The notes under the pieces are model-generated. The model made no database searches and was not told where the DNA came from. It saw only the letters and a program-made list of their open reading frames with translations. A stretch of 63,926 nt of DNA, the filler included, from Pirum gemmata (taxonomy: Eukaryota): NCBI GenBank assembly GCA_002812295.1. It is 28 parts of 28 records of this genome, joined end to end, with 100 filler letters (N's around TTAATTAATTAA, not from the genome) between each part and the next. Parts side by side here need not be neighbours in the genome. Positions count along the whole stretch, not along the records: positions 1 to 2,057 come from PDIN01008551.1; positions 2,158 to 4,269 come from PDIN01008552.1; positions 4,370 to 6,481 come from PDIN01008553.1; positions 6,582 to 8,635 come from PDIN01008554.1; positions 8,736 to 10,829 come from PDIN01008555.1; positions 10,930 to 13,042 come from PDIN01008556.1; 22 more parts are not named here. The stretch is one strand, 5' to 3'. Each line of letters starts with the position of its first letter. Within the stretch, counting starts at the first letter, position 1. Shown piece after piece: positions 1 through 12,090 of this stretch. The position numbers and the translations under genes were made by a program.

Positions 1-57
<57 letters not shown>

Positions 58-701
58 ACTAGTAGTAGTAGTAGTAGTAGTAGTTGTAATAGCAATAGCC
101 TAGCTAGCTAGTCTTCTAAATCGTACTAAGAGGATGGATAAAAAAATAATAAAAAAAAATAACCGAAATTACTCTTGACTGTAGAAATCATTTTTTTTAG
201 TGTTCGGTTTGTAGACCTTCACCTTTTCAACCTATTCTTACGGGATTTGCGGAGATGGTTTTTTCGCGACCCGCTTCAGAAGGGAAGATCTTGATTTATA
301 AAAAGGTGAAAATTTTGAGGTGTCTGCACTCTGAGGGTCTGCACTCTGCAGTGGCCTGCAGAGTCTGCGCACATTTTCACCTTTTTCAATAGTCAAAACC
401 TCTGTCTAAAAAAAATAGTCAAAAAAGCTAAAAACGTCCGACTTTTGGGTTTTACTATAATTTCAGTTTTCGAACATAAGTAATGTAATAGTTATAAAAT
501 AGATTTGAAATATTCGAACATATTATATATCTCAATTTCATTAGGCAGTTTTTTTTTTTTTGGAATTTTTTTTTCGAACTTACTAAAAACTTACATTTGA
601 CTTACTAATTTGTAAAAAAAACAAAATACGTCAATTTTGCGTAATTTTTTTGTAAAGTTTCCCCTCTCCGAATCTGTAGGCCTTTAATTAAAAAAAAGGT
701 G

Positions 702-1032
702 AAGGGTTTAGGGTTAGGGTTAGGTTAGGGTTAAGGCTCTAACCTCCAACCTTTAAAACCCTAACCCCTAACCCCTAACCCCTAACCCCTAACCACCAAC
801 CACCAACCCCTAACCCCTAACCCTTAACCCTTAACCCTTAACCCTTAACCCTTAACCCTTAACCCTTAACCCTTAACCCTTAACCCTTAACCCTTAACCC
901 TTAACCCTTAACCCTTAANCCCTTAACCCTTAACCCTTAACCCTTAACCCTTAACCCTTAACCCTTAACCCTTAACCCTTAACCCTTAACCCTTAACCCT
1001 TAACCCTTAACCCTTAACCCTTAACCCTTAAC
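702..1032. repeat. Interstitial telomere-like array: short (TTAGGG)n followed by CCCCTAA/(CCCTTAA)n
   Basis: G-strand units at about 702-736, then C-strand units ending in a long pure CCCTTAA 7-mer run. Unique sequence lies on both sides. Confidence 0.9.
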
Positions 1033-1320
1033 ATAATCAAATAGTAACCAATAATGATTATTATAACTTGCAAACTGTTCCGTTTCCCCCACGCCATACT
1101 AAGCCGGATAAAAATGGCAACATCCGCTGTATGATGCCTGTATCATGCCTATATCATGCCTTTTGAGCTCAAAAATCCAAAAAATCTCAAAATGAAATAT
1201 TATCCTAATCCCTCCCATAAAATATAGTCTATGGTTCTATGGTTAAAACATTTGTGTTTTGTGTATGATAAAAGTATTGATTTCTCACTTTTGTTCCTAA
1301 TAATTATTATGGTTATTTAG

Positions 1321-1513
1321 TATTGTGCTTTTGAGTTATTTTGTCGTCATAAAAAAATATACAATAAATAGTACCAAAATAATAAAATATAAATCCATTT
1401 CATTTAATTTGGTATATTTTATTATATATTATATTTATTTAAAAATATCAATTTAAATATTATAAACAGCCAAATAAATATTCGGAGTGTCAAAATAAAT
1501 GAAACGCACTATA
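1321..1513. mobile_element. MITE family A copy (about 190 bp, TIR TATCGTGCTTTTCA...TGAAAAGCACGATA)
   Basis: Terminal inverted repeats and a conserved interior. Further full or partial copies near 1690, 3889, 12130, 17291, 24083, 43737, 44147, 44570, 45830, 46411, 50292, 50453, 51851 and 59899. TA-flanked ends suggest a Tc1/mariner-type element (inference). Confidence 0.85.
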
Positions 1514-2057
1514 ATTATCTAGTTTGATAATATTATAGTAGCCATTCCAGTTTTGTGTTGTAATTTTGCCTGGTCAATTGCAAGTATTGCAGTTTGACTT
1601 CTGGTAAGAATTCTTTGAAACTGCTAGTTGAAACGTATTGACATTGAAAAGGTTGTTTTCCAGATGACCATTGTCTAGTTGGTTTTCTTTGATTTAAAAT
1701 TGTCAATTTAAAGATTATAACCCTCCAAATAAATAAATGAATTTCAATCTTTTGGCATTCTATTTCAATATTTCAAATGATTTATTTATTGGTCATAATT
1801 TCATTCTTCGTCTATCATACTAAATATAGCTAAATGTTCCATTTATAGAAGTTGCGAAAATATTGTCATTTTTTCTACAATATTCTTTGATAGAAGTCAT
1901 AATTTCGAACTAGCAATTTTTTTTTAAAAAAAAATTAAAAAAGAGGGGGTGCTTATTTCGGGCCTGTAGATTCTGAGTTTCGGGGTAAGAAAGGCTCAAT
2001 CACAAAAGAAAAGGTGGTTATTGTGATGGGGGGCTACTACTACTACTACTACTACTA

Positions 2058-2157
2058 NNNNNNNNNNNNNNNNNNNNNNNNNNNNNNNNNNNNNNNNNNN
2101 NTTAATTAATTAANNNNNNNNNNNNNNNNNNNNNNNNNNNNNNNNNNNNNNNNNNNN
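2058..2157. other. Artificial contig linker N44-TTAATTAATTAA-N44 (first of 27)
   Basis: Identical 100-bp spacers start at 2058, 4270, 6482, 8636, 10830, 13043, 16412, 18594, 20788, 22999, 25185, 27377, 30409, 32560, 34769, 36950, 39102, 41276, 43485, 46448, 48624, 50816, 53008, 55184, 57374, 59565 and 61749. The 12-mer puts stops in all frames. Confidence 0.98.
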
Positions 2158-2188
<31 letters not shown>

Positions 2189-2859
2189 GTCAATACTGGT
2201 ATAAATTATTTTTTAAAAAAAGTAGTCTATTTTTTTTAAAAAAAATAGTAATAATATGATAGACTATCATAATATTAGTCTATATATAGATAGCATGAGG
2301 AACTGAATCTGCCTGCTGAAACTTGAAAGTCTGCTGAATCTGCATGAGGAGATGAGGAAATATGAGGTAGCTACCATCATAATATAATATGCTACAATAG
2401 TTTTCATGGATTAGGGAAAAGTCACTGTAATACTAGCAGTAACTTATTCTTTGGTAGAAGTCATTGCTCGAAATTGTGACTTAAACTGTTTTAGGCAGTA
2501 ATTAATTGTTAAAATGAAATTTAAAATTATGACCAAACGTGTTTTGGACAAAGAGGCATAGGTAAGATTAGGTGACGCCCTTTATGGATGATTCCTTATT
2601 ATCTATAGAGAGGTTTTCCTTTTCCTAGACTCTACTAGTAGAGAAAAGAACGAGCAGTAGGTTACAGTTATATAGTATATAACTGTTACAGTTATATAGT
2701 ATATAACTGTATATTACAGTTGTAGTTTATTTGACTTGTTTCATAATACTTTGGTATGAGTTAATGATTTAGTTGCCGTTCGGTTTTTTTTTTAAAAAAA
2801 AAAAGTTGTTGTACTTTTCATCTTATCTATAATAATAATACCAGAAATATGATACGATG

Positions 2860-3147
2860 AGGAAGGGTGACACACTGGTGACACTCTCCAATATGACTCT
2901 GGAATTTTTATTTTCCGCTCGGCTGCGGCTTACTACTCCTGAGTCCTTACTACTCATAATAAAAAATAAACTATTTAAAGTAACTATAGTTACTATACTA
3001 AGACTATTTTAAAACAAATAAATGAATTCACCATATATGGTTTACAATTCACTTAATTTGGAAACCGTTTAATGCTACGGGTTGCGGAATTAGTGCCAAT
3101 TTAATGGGTCATTTACTTACAGGACTCTTATAGGTGTCACCCCTCCT
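2860..3147. mobile_element. MITE with TIR AGGA(A/G)GGGTGACAC
   Basis: AGGAAGGGTGACAC (2860-2873) and GTGTCACCCCTCCT (3134-3147) match 13/14 as inverted repeats. The 8-bp flanks ATACGATG and ATATAATA match only partly. Ends resemble the 24384 element. Confidence 0.6.
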
Positions 3148-3771
3148 ATATAATATCACTTCCTACCAGTAGTACATCAGTATAACATCGTTATATTATA
3201 CGATTTTTAATATATGTAAAAAAAAAAAAAAAAAAAAAATCAGAGGATTTTTTTTTCAGCTAATGTTGAGCGAGTGGACTGTGAGTGGTCCAACAATCCA
3301 GATCCCATATTGTCACCATTGACTCACCAACTGTGACCGACCAACGACCTACTCTAGCTGGCCAACGACCTTTGGGGGGCTCGTCTACTTTTAATTATTA
3401 TCATACAATAGAATTTTGGAATAAGAATTTTGGACTATTTTGGATTTGTCTTGGACAGTTCTTGGACGGTGGACCAGGACTACTCTTTGGAGTTCTTTCC
3501 AGGGAGTTCTTTCCAAATTCTTTTGGGAAACAAGCGAGGATATCAGTACTAATCATATCAGTGTACTACATCCGGTCTGACTATATCAGTCCGTGAAAAA
3601 AAAATTAGGTCAAAAAAATCGTAAAAAAAATCAGGAGAAAAAATATCTATCATGTTATTTTGTCTATCATATAAATAAAATTAATATTATTATATCGATA
3701 CAATCAGATCGATATAATATTTTTATGGCGTAATAAAATTTTATAAGAATACCAGATGTCTTAATTGCGTT

Positions 3772-3842
3772 TATATAATTAAATGCTTTTAAGACAACTG
3801 GCAATAAGAATGCCAGTTGTCTTAAAAGCATTTAATTATATA
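3772..3842. repeat. Perfect 32-bp inverted repeat with a 7-nt loop
   Basis: TATATAATTAAATGCTTTTAAGACAACTGGCA-ataagaa-TGCCAGTTGTCTTAAAAGCATTTAATTATATA. Confidence 0.95.
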
Positions 3843-4514
3843 TATTTGAGCATTTGATGGTAGTCTATATGATGTACATGTATAATATATTGTGCTTTTC
3901 ATTTATTTTGTCACTCTGAATATTTATTTTGGAGGGTTATAATTTTTAAATTGAGATTTTTAAATCAATACATAGATAAATTATGTAAATAATCTGTGTA
4001 AATAATATAGAGTGACCAGGAGGAGTGTGAGTCTGTGTGACAGCAAAATTTAAAAAATAAAAATGAAAAAAAAACAAAGTTGAACCATGTAACCGTGTAG
4101 TCACGGTGTAGACGGTAGACCAGCTGTATAATATAAAGCCTGTATTACACGGATTTACACCAGGTCCCAGAGGCTGAGAGGCACCAGCGTCATCTTCCTT
4201 GAATGAGCAAATATAGTACTTTTAAAAAATATAAAGAAAAAAAAAAAAAGAAGAACTGTTTATATATATNNNNNNNNNNNNNNNNNNNNNNNNNNNNNNN
4301 NNNNNNNNNNNNNTTAATTAATTAANNNNNNNNNNNNNNNNNNNNNNNNNNNNNNNNNNNNNNNNNNNNTTATTTTATTTTATTTTATTTTTTTTGTTTT
4401 CAAAAAAAAAAAATATATTAATAAATTTTGATTTGATATTTGTAACAATGACAATGAATTAGGGATTAGGGGTTAGGAGTTAGGAGTTAGGAGTTAGGGG
4501 TTAGGGGTTAGGGG

Positions 4515-6353
4515 TTAGGGGTTAGGGGTTAGGGGTTGAGCTGTAGATGTTAAAAGATTGCGCAAGGAAACAATTTCAGGCCAAAGTTTTTCTTTTTCCG
4601 CTGTGTGCTCAATCTCAGTTATGATGCCGTGCTTGTATAAAAATTCATTTTCTTCAATTTTATTTTCTAGTTCCTTAAGCCTATTATCATGATATCTCAT
4701 TAAACGACCCTTCTGTGTGTAACTTTTTGCTTTTTGAATAATTTTCGTAATGGGTGCAAATTTCCATAACGCACGTGCTGCTTTAGCACCAACAACAGCA
4801 GTTAAGGTAATCAAAGCAGATAATACAATTGAACCTCTTATTTCTCTTGGATAAGCGTTTGGTCGTTTATGTATGGAATTTTCGGGTTTGTGTTTGTCAC
4901 CTAATTGTTGGAGAAAGTAAACTACTTTGTCAGAGTCTCCTACCTTTTGCTTCCTATAAAATAATTGCCATGCTACAGGTTGATGATATTTTCGATTCAT
5001 GTTATTAATCAAAGCTGGTATATTTGATGGGGTATACAATTGACCACCAGCTGTGTTAGAATTAACTATTGGTTGTACAATATTCGATTTAAAAAATTTG
5101 TAGGTAGAACTAGATACTTCGGCTCTACACATCGGGCAATTTTGCCTAAGAGCAAGGTGATTATCTAAACAACTTTTATGATATTTATGTTTGCAATTTG
5201 TTATTACAGCGGGTTCTGCGTCTAGACGTTCGAGACAAATTATACACTCTTCAGCTTCTGCCTCTGTATTTGTATTTGGTGGTGCTGACGAGCTTTGTGA
5301 TGCTGACGAGCTTTGTTGTTGTTGTTGTTGTTTTAGTAATTGGTAATACTCTTCCTCTGTATTTGGCAATAATGGTGGATCTTGTTGGCCATCAGGTTTA
5401 CAAACAAATTGGAATGGAAGGGACTGGTCACTTAATTGTTGTTGTACAGTGTTATAAATAATGGCGTTGTGCCATTTTCCATCAAGAATCAATTTTTTTG
5501 AACGAAATAATGGTGCAACAGAATAGTTAGGAGGCCCGCTATACTCGATATGATAATCACAGTTATTATTGAAACTATCTTCTATAGAAATATGCTCCAT
5601 GCTTTGTACATCTCCTAGTTTGTTAGGTATTTGAAATATTTCTAATAATTCCTTGTTGTTAACAATTGCTTCATATTCACTTTGGAATAATTTATAACCC
5701 GTAGCACCTTTGATTGTATTACACATATGCACAGTTACATATTCTCCTTTATGATATATTGCTTTAAATGTGTTAAATATACTATGACTCAAAAGTTCTC
5801 CTATATTTTCGCCAACATTATAAGTTAATTCAGCCAAGTCATGGTAATTACCATTCATTCCCGCTCCCTCACGCAATGCTATCAAAATAGCAAGGCTAAA
5901 AGGAATTGATAAAGCTTTACCTGTTATTCTCCCTACAAACCCCACCAAACCATTACGTCCATATCGGTCTGGACATACTACTTTATCTTTAATAGTATCT
6001 ACACTGGCTTGAAAATGCTTTTGTTTTTCATTTTCTTTTTCCATTTCAGAGTAAAGCGTTTCGATATCATCTAATAACATTTGAGGATAAAACATTTTAC
6101 TATTTTCTTTTTGCTCGCCAAGTTTAAAAATGCGGTTAAAAGCTTCCTCATAACCACGCGCAGGTTCAGTATATTTATAGTCTACTACGTTCGTTTCTAG
6201 TTTTTCTAAATAATTGTGAATAAGAATTTGTTCATAATATAAGAATTGATAATGATCCTGAGGATTGTTTTGCGTGGCTGAACATACTGAACAAAATACA
6301 ATGTTGATAGAAAAAAACAACGCAGATAATATCATAGGTGTTATAATAAACAT
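4515..6353 (-). CDS. RING-H2 (C3H2C3) finger protein, putative E3 ligase, with N-terminal signal peptide and two hydrophobic segments
   Basis: Intronless ORF with first ATG at 6353. RING motif C-IIC-LERL...C-K-H-KY-H-KS-C...C-PM-C-R. Hydrophobic N-terminus MFIITPMILSALFFSINIVFCSVCSA. The stop lies inside a (CCCCTAA)n tract. Confidence 0.85.
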   Translation of the reverse strand: MFIITPMILSALFFSINIVFCSVCSATQNNPQDHYQFLYYEQILIHNYLEKLETNVVDYKYTEPARGYEEAFNRIFKLGEQKENSKMFYPQMLLDDIETLYSEMEKENEKQKHFQASVDTIKDKVVCPDRYGRNGLVGFVGRITGKALSIPFSLAILIALREGAGMNGNYHDLAELTYNVGENIGELLSHSIFNTFKAIYHKGEYVTVHMCNTIKGATGYKLFQSEYEAIVNNKELLEIFQIPNKLGDVQSMEHISIEDSFNNNCDYHIEYSGPPNYSVAPLFRSKKLILDGKWHNAIIYNTVQQQLSDQSLPFQFVCKPDGQQDPPLLPNTEEEYYQLLKQQQQQQSSSASQSSSAPPNTNTEAEAEECIICLERLDAEPAVITNCKHKYHKSCLDNHLALRQNCPMCRAEVSSSTYKFFKSNIVQPIVNSNTAGGQLYTPSNIPALINNMNRKYHQPVAWQLFYRKQKVGDSDKVVYFLQQLGDKHKPENSIHKRPNAYPREIRGSIVLSALITLTAVVGAKAARALWKFAPITKIIQKAKSYTQKGRLMRYHDNRLKELENKIEENEFLYKHGIITEIEHTAEKEKLWPEIVSLRNLLTSTAQPLTPNP

Positions 6354-6715
6354 GTTGAATATATAAATCGCTTGGAAATTCAAAAGAGAAATTGTTTTTT
6401 ATTAAAAAAATCAAAATTATAATAATAATAATAATGATTATGATAATATTTTATTTTATTTTATTTTTTTTTATTTTTTATNNNNNNNNNNNNNNNNNNN
6501 NNNNNNNNNNNNNNNNNNNNNNNNNTTAATTAATTAANNNNNNNNNNNNNNNNNNNNNNNNNNNNNNNNNNNNNNNNNNNNCAATAAACAATAAACAATA
6601 ATACTTTAAGAGAAATCACAATTAACTAACAGTAAAACAGATAAAATAAGAATACAACATAACTGAAAAATTGAGATAAATAAAGAACCGAATAAAATGA
6701 TCAACAACAATATAC

Positions 6716-7932
6716 CTTTTGTCACAACCGTGTTCAATTGAGCAATACCATCGCCTAGAGTTAAGGGAGAAATATAACCCAAAGTACCGTAAAAAAGACC
6801 ACCAACAACAGCTGTCAAAATAAATCCAATTTTTACCCCAAATAAATTTGTCAATCCTTTTTTTATTAGCATGGCGACAATTTTGGTGATGGCCATTATA
6901 ATTATGAATACCAAACCCATAATTGCACCAAAAAGACCGAATAACATCCCAAGGAAAACATTATACCACCTATCGTCGTAGTACAGTTCACTTGGAAAAG
7001 AGGAATTTAGATTGCTCTCAACCCATGTATAACCAATTATGTTATGGTAAATAAGAAATGCAGAAGTAGCAGCAATACAATAGTAAGTGAACATTTTCAT
7101 GTATGAAACATTCCAGAGAACGCTTGGGACACCAAGTTCAACACACAACGCGGCCGACATAAAAGGCGAAGGAAGAAAAGAACCAAATGCAGCTGCCATA
7201 CCTATTTATTAAGGAATAATTTAATCAATATAATTGTATAATACAAATTCATAACTATTTCATATTATATTAAAATCAATTCAAAAGTTGGAAAATAAAG
7301 CGAGCCCAAAAATAAAGTAAAAAACAATATATATATATACCAGAAATAGTAAATAGCTTCCGACGTAATTCAAGATCCTCAAAACTTTCGTTTTTGTAAG
7401 ATATAACTTTCGTTGCGAATACGTGTCCTACAGCACCACCAATAGCGCCTAAACCAGCTTCAGGGCCCATTCCAGCTCCACCAAGTAAACTAAAACAACA
7501 ACACGTCATGATTTTAATTCCTAAAATGGGATCTTGTTTCTGATGTCTAATTTCATCTATAAATGTGGGTAAAGGATCCAATATATTGAATATTACTCTA
7601 GTTGTTCCGACCAGCAAACCTAATTGTATATAAATAATCATTAGATAATTGTTCTAAAACAAACACGCACCATATAAATTTAATAAGAAAACAAACAATT
7701 ACGACTATGATTCTTGACTATGATTATTATGATTTTTGACTACGAGTATGAGCATGAGCATGAGTGTGAGTATTACTATGAATATGATTATGATTATGAT
7801 TATGATTATGATTATGATTATGATTATGATTATGATTATGATTATGGTAATGATTATCATTATCATTATCATTATCATTATCATTTTGATTATAATATTA
7901 TCATTATAATTATCATTATCATTATCATTAAC

Positions 7933-7967
<35 letters not shown>

Positions 7968-7986
7968 CATTATCATTATCATTATC

Positions 7987-8021
<35 letters not shown>

Positions 8022-8543
8022 CATTGTCATTATCATTATCATTATCATTACCATTATGATTATATTATCATTATCATTATCATTATGATTATGCTTATAC
8101 TTATTCTTATGTTTATGTTTATGTTTATGCTTATGCTTATGCTTATGCTTATGCCTATGCTTATGATAGGGTTAGGATTAAAACAACAAACATAAATATC
8201 ATAAATAAATACCGGTGCCAGCACCCACTAAGATCCACCACCAGCGCCCAGAACAAAATTTTAAACTATTTGGATCATCGGGAAAACTGCCATTCCCATC
8301 AGCTTGATACCATTGTAAAGGGACAGCCATAACTAAATTCATATATACAATACCAAACCCCCCAATTAAAGCTGCCATTAACACATTTATGAGATTGTCG
8401 AACCAAAAATGTGTCCCAATAAAATTAGCATAAGCATCAGCAACTTCAATTACGGGTTCTTTTTCGTCTTCATCTTTCAAAGTAATAGACGCACCCTTGT
8501 GGTCGTCTAACTTGCTTAAACTTTTTGCATGTTGAGGTTCCAT
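6716..8543 (-). CDS. CLC-family chloride channel/transporter (GPEA-type), 3'-partial
   Basis: Exons 8543-8213, 7619-7341 and 7201-6716 are joined by GT-AG introns in compatible phase 1. Motifs GGAGMGPEAGLGAIGG, SGMAAAFGSFLPSP and PLTLGDG, plus many TM segments. The gene runs off the contig end. Confidence 0.85.
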
Positions 8544-8855
8544 GTTAGATTTTTGAGTGTCAATATTATTATTGTTGTTGTTGTTGTTGCTGTTGTTAGT
8601 ATTAGTATTAGTATTAGTATTAGTATTAGTATTAGNNNNNNNNNNNNNNNNNNNNNNNNNNNNNNNNNNNNNNNNNNNNTTAATTAATTAANNNNNNNNN
8701 NNNNNNNNNNNNNNNNNNNNNNNNNNNNNNNNNNNTCCAATGTTAAACTCGTCCCATTGGGTCAAAAAAAAAAATAAAAAAAAAATATAAATAGGGTATA
8801 ATATTTTTTAAAAAACATCAAAACATCAAAACATCAAAATAAATTAAAAAATATC

Positions 8856-8888
<33 letters not shown>

Positions 8889-8902
8889 AAAAAAAAAAAA
8901 AA

Positions 8903-8936
<34 letters not shown>

Positions 8937-8939
<3 letters not shown>

Positions 8940-10649
8940 AAATTTGCAAAAATCAAAGACACTGATATTACGTTGCCTTATATTAACGTTAATGATGAGA
9001 AGCTGTTTATTATCAAACCGATTAAGATGTTGATACAGTGGAAAGGGAAAATAAATACCCATATTAAACACTATACAACTGATGAACGTGTTATGCATGA
9101 AGGGCAGTACTATCTTTACGATAAAGGAATTTTAAGAGCGTTTCATGGGTGCAAATATAAGGAAAAACGTGAAGTTTATAAGCAGTATACTCTAAAAGAT
9201 TTAATTTATGACGATGAAGATGCCGATGACGATGACGATGAAGAAGATAGCGACTTTGAAATAATTGAACCTAAGACTGAGTCCAAGTTACCCGTTGAAC
9301 ACCATGTTGGTGATGAAGGAGTTGTGAATAGGGTTGAGTTGATGAACCAGCTTAATCCATTAATACAAAACTTGGCGTTAATACAATCTCAGATGAATTC
9401 GTTGACAGTGTCTAATGAAGAGCGGTACTTTGGGTGCACTAACGGCATGATTATGAGAGCGTTAAACGAACCTCGACCTGAAGGCTATACTGATGAAATT
9501 CCTGTGAATTACCAAAAAAAGTTACGAGACGTGTACCAGGTTGAATTTGCTAATAACTATTGGCCATGTAACAATGAACGTGTGCGTTCGCCTACATTGA
9601 TGTTTGAAGACCATCACCTGGACAAGAAGATCTTTGAAAAGTTCATGATGATTTTGTTTGATAATTTCAAGCTTGATTCTTACCTTTATGAAGACCTTGA
9701 AAAGAACCTGGAATTTATCCTTCAAGATTGTTTAGACCGTAGCCAAGTCCAAGAAGGTAGCGTTATCCGCTATTCAATCTACGTCCGCAATTTATATCAA
9801 TTCTTTCGTGAAATGTACGCGATCCTTGCCTACAAACGCATCCCCGTTTCCTTGGAATGCAAACTCTTGTACCATATCGGGTATAATTTGGTGGCCTTTG
9901 ACGAAACTTATGCTTTGTATGAAGGTGATGAATCATACAATTTTGACGAGGACGACATTAATTTTGAACCGGGTAAAGATATCGACGACGATGGCCAATT
10001 AACCGATCAATGTAAACGTGACCAGGTTACAAAAAAAACAAAAACTCGTCTATATGGCTTGGTTTTAGGTTCAAACCATCACAAAAAAGACTTTCACGGG
10101 TTCGGCTTTCGCATCCCAACTTGGCCACAAATCTTGGACTTGGTCAATAAGAAAAACTTGGACATGTACGATGATGATGAACGTTTCTTGATCTCGCTCA
10201 TGTTTTTCGCTGAATCGGATTACAAAGTACCTCTTAGTGGTCAGATGTTTTATATCCATGAAAAGGAAGATTCTTCGATAGAATACGACAAGGAGTTTGT
10301 CCACTATTTTAAGGAGCAAAAGAAGGTAATGGTAATACCTGGTCATAAATACACCAAGTTCTATTATTCCTTGAAATCTACACCATTTGATTTAGCTGCG
10401 GAAACTAAACTTATTGTAACTGCCTCAAAGTACGAAGCTCTACTTACTAAATTAAATATTGTTGACACGGATAACATTTCCATGTATCGCTACAACTACG
10501 CAGAGTATTACAATAGCTTAGTTTCATATACTTTATACAGATTTAGACAAGCGAAAGTCTCTAAACATAACTATATTTTATATGCTTTGCATTGCAACAA
10601 ATCTTTGTATAGTCTTCTTAAATATAATAACTATGATTGCTACTATTAA
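8937..10649 (+). CDS. 570-aa intronless virus-like protein: possible Bro-N-like N-terminus and divergent tyrosine-recombinase-like C-terminus
   Basis: Long complex ORF from ATG to TAA with poly-A flanks, so the coding status is secure. The domain calls are by-eye motif resemblance only (see findings). Confidence 0.75.
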
Positions 10650-11021
10650 AAAAAAAAATAACACATTATTATTATTATTATAATTATTATTTCTAATGTA
10701 AATTATTATTATTATTATTATAATTATTATTTCTAATGTAAATTATTATTATTATTATTATTATTATTATTTCTAATGTAAATTATTATTATTATTATTA
10801 TTTCTAATGTAAATTATTATTATTATTATNNNNNNNNNNNNNNNNNNNNNNNNNNNNNNNNNNNNNNNNNNNNTTAATTAATTAANNNNNNNNNNNNNNN
10901 NNNNNNNNNNNNNNNNNNNNNNNNNNNNNATAATTATAATAATGGTAAATATTGGTAATGTATTATTATTTATTATTACTATTATCAGATACTATTATTA
11001 CTATTACTATTATTAATACCA

Positions 11022-11052
<31 letters not shown>

Positions 11053-11940
11053 TACTATTACTATTACTATTACTATTTGCTATCACGATATAATATTATT
11101 ATATTATTATTATTACTATTACTATTACTATTACTATTACTAATTAATATTGCTATTACACTACTATTACTATTGCTACTGAGACTATTTCTACTAAATA
11201 ATAATACATTACCAATATTTACCATTATTATAATTATATATTCTATATTTATTATTAGCAAATCGCTGTGCTAAACTCTGTGAGATCAACGTTGGTGCAG
11301 TTGTTGGTGCTAAGTCAGTCTTGGACAGTTCTTGGGGGCCGGGGCCGGGTTGGGGGGGGCAGTGTACTGGTTAGCTCTAGCTAGAAGATCTTTCGCTCTG
11401 TAGTAGTAGTCTAGCTAGCTATGATATTATGATAGTATAATATGATAGTGCTTTTCATTATAGTAGACTAGCTAGCTTGCTTGGTAAAGGGTTGTTGAAA
11501 GTTGAAACTGTTGTTGATGTTGTTGACTATGTCATAATGTCATACAATAGTGCCAGGGTTAGGGTTAGGGTTAGGGTTAGGGTTAGGGTTAGGGTTAGGG
11601 TTAGGGTTAGGGTTAGCTATAGGGATATTAGGGTTAGGGTTGGGTTAGCTATAGGGATATAATATTAGGGTTAGGGTTTGCCATGATACCAGCTGACACT
11701 CGCCTGACCGAACTACACTGACCGAAGTGGAGAAAAATTTAATAGTCGACTCTCAGAGAAAATATTAGATGAGGCTTTCTTACTGGATGACCGGTCAAAC
11801 ACAGCTTCAAATACCCCTACCTACCTACCCCTCGACGTTAATTTCCGGTCAAATACCACCTACCTACCTACCCCTTGACGTGGCGTATTATTTGAATAGA
11901 ATCAATAGATGAGGAAGGTCACCAAAGGTTTGACTAATAA

Positions 11941-12090
11941 GGGAGCGCTCAAATACTACATAACGCCAACTTCCAGTCATCCGGTCAAATACAGCTTCAA
12001 ATACCCATACCTACCTACCCATCGACGTTAATTTCCGGTCAAATACCACCTACCTATCTACCCCTTGACGTGGCGTATTATAACGCTCCC
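11941..12090. mobile_element. Tourist-like (PIF/Harbinger) MITE family C with internal CTAC repeats
   Basis: Ends GGGAGCG...CGCTCCC with TAA on both sides (3-bp TSD). Related copies or fragments near 11790, 12975, 15053, 28525, 42270-42538 and 43585-43715. Confidence 0.8.

Noticed and set aside
2102..2113. TTAATTAATTAA recurring about every 2.1 kb like a regular array
   Set aside because: Always centred in N44 flanks: an artificial concatenation linker, not biology.
3285..3596. 103-aa ORF
   Set aside because: GTG start, no recognisable motif or splice structure, and it lies among repeat fragments.
7714..8088. Poly-DY/HY/I ORF, and similar poly-I/L/T/VR/NP/ML ORFs throughout
   Set aside because: Translations of intronic or intergenic microsatellites.
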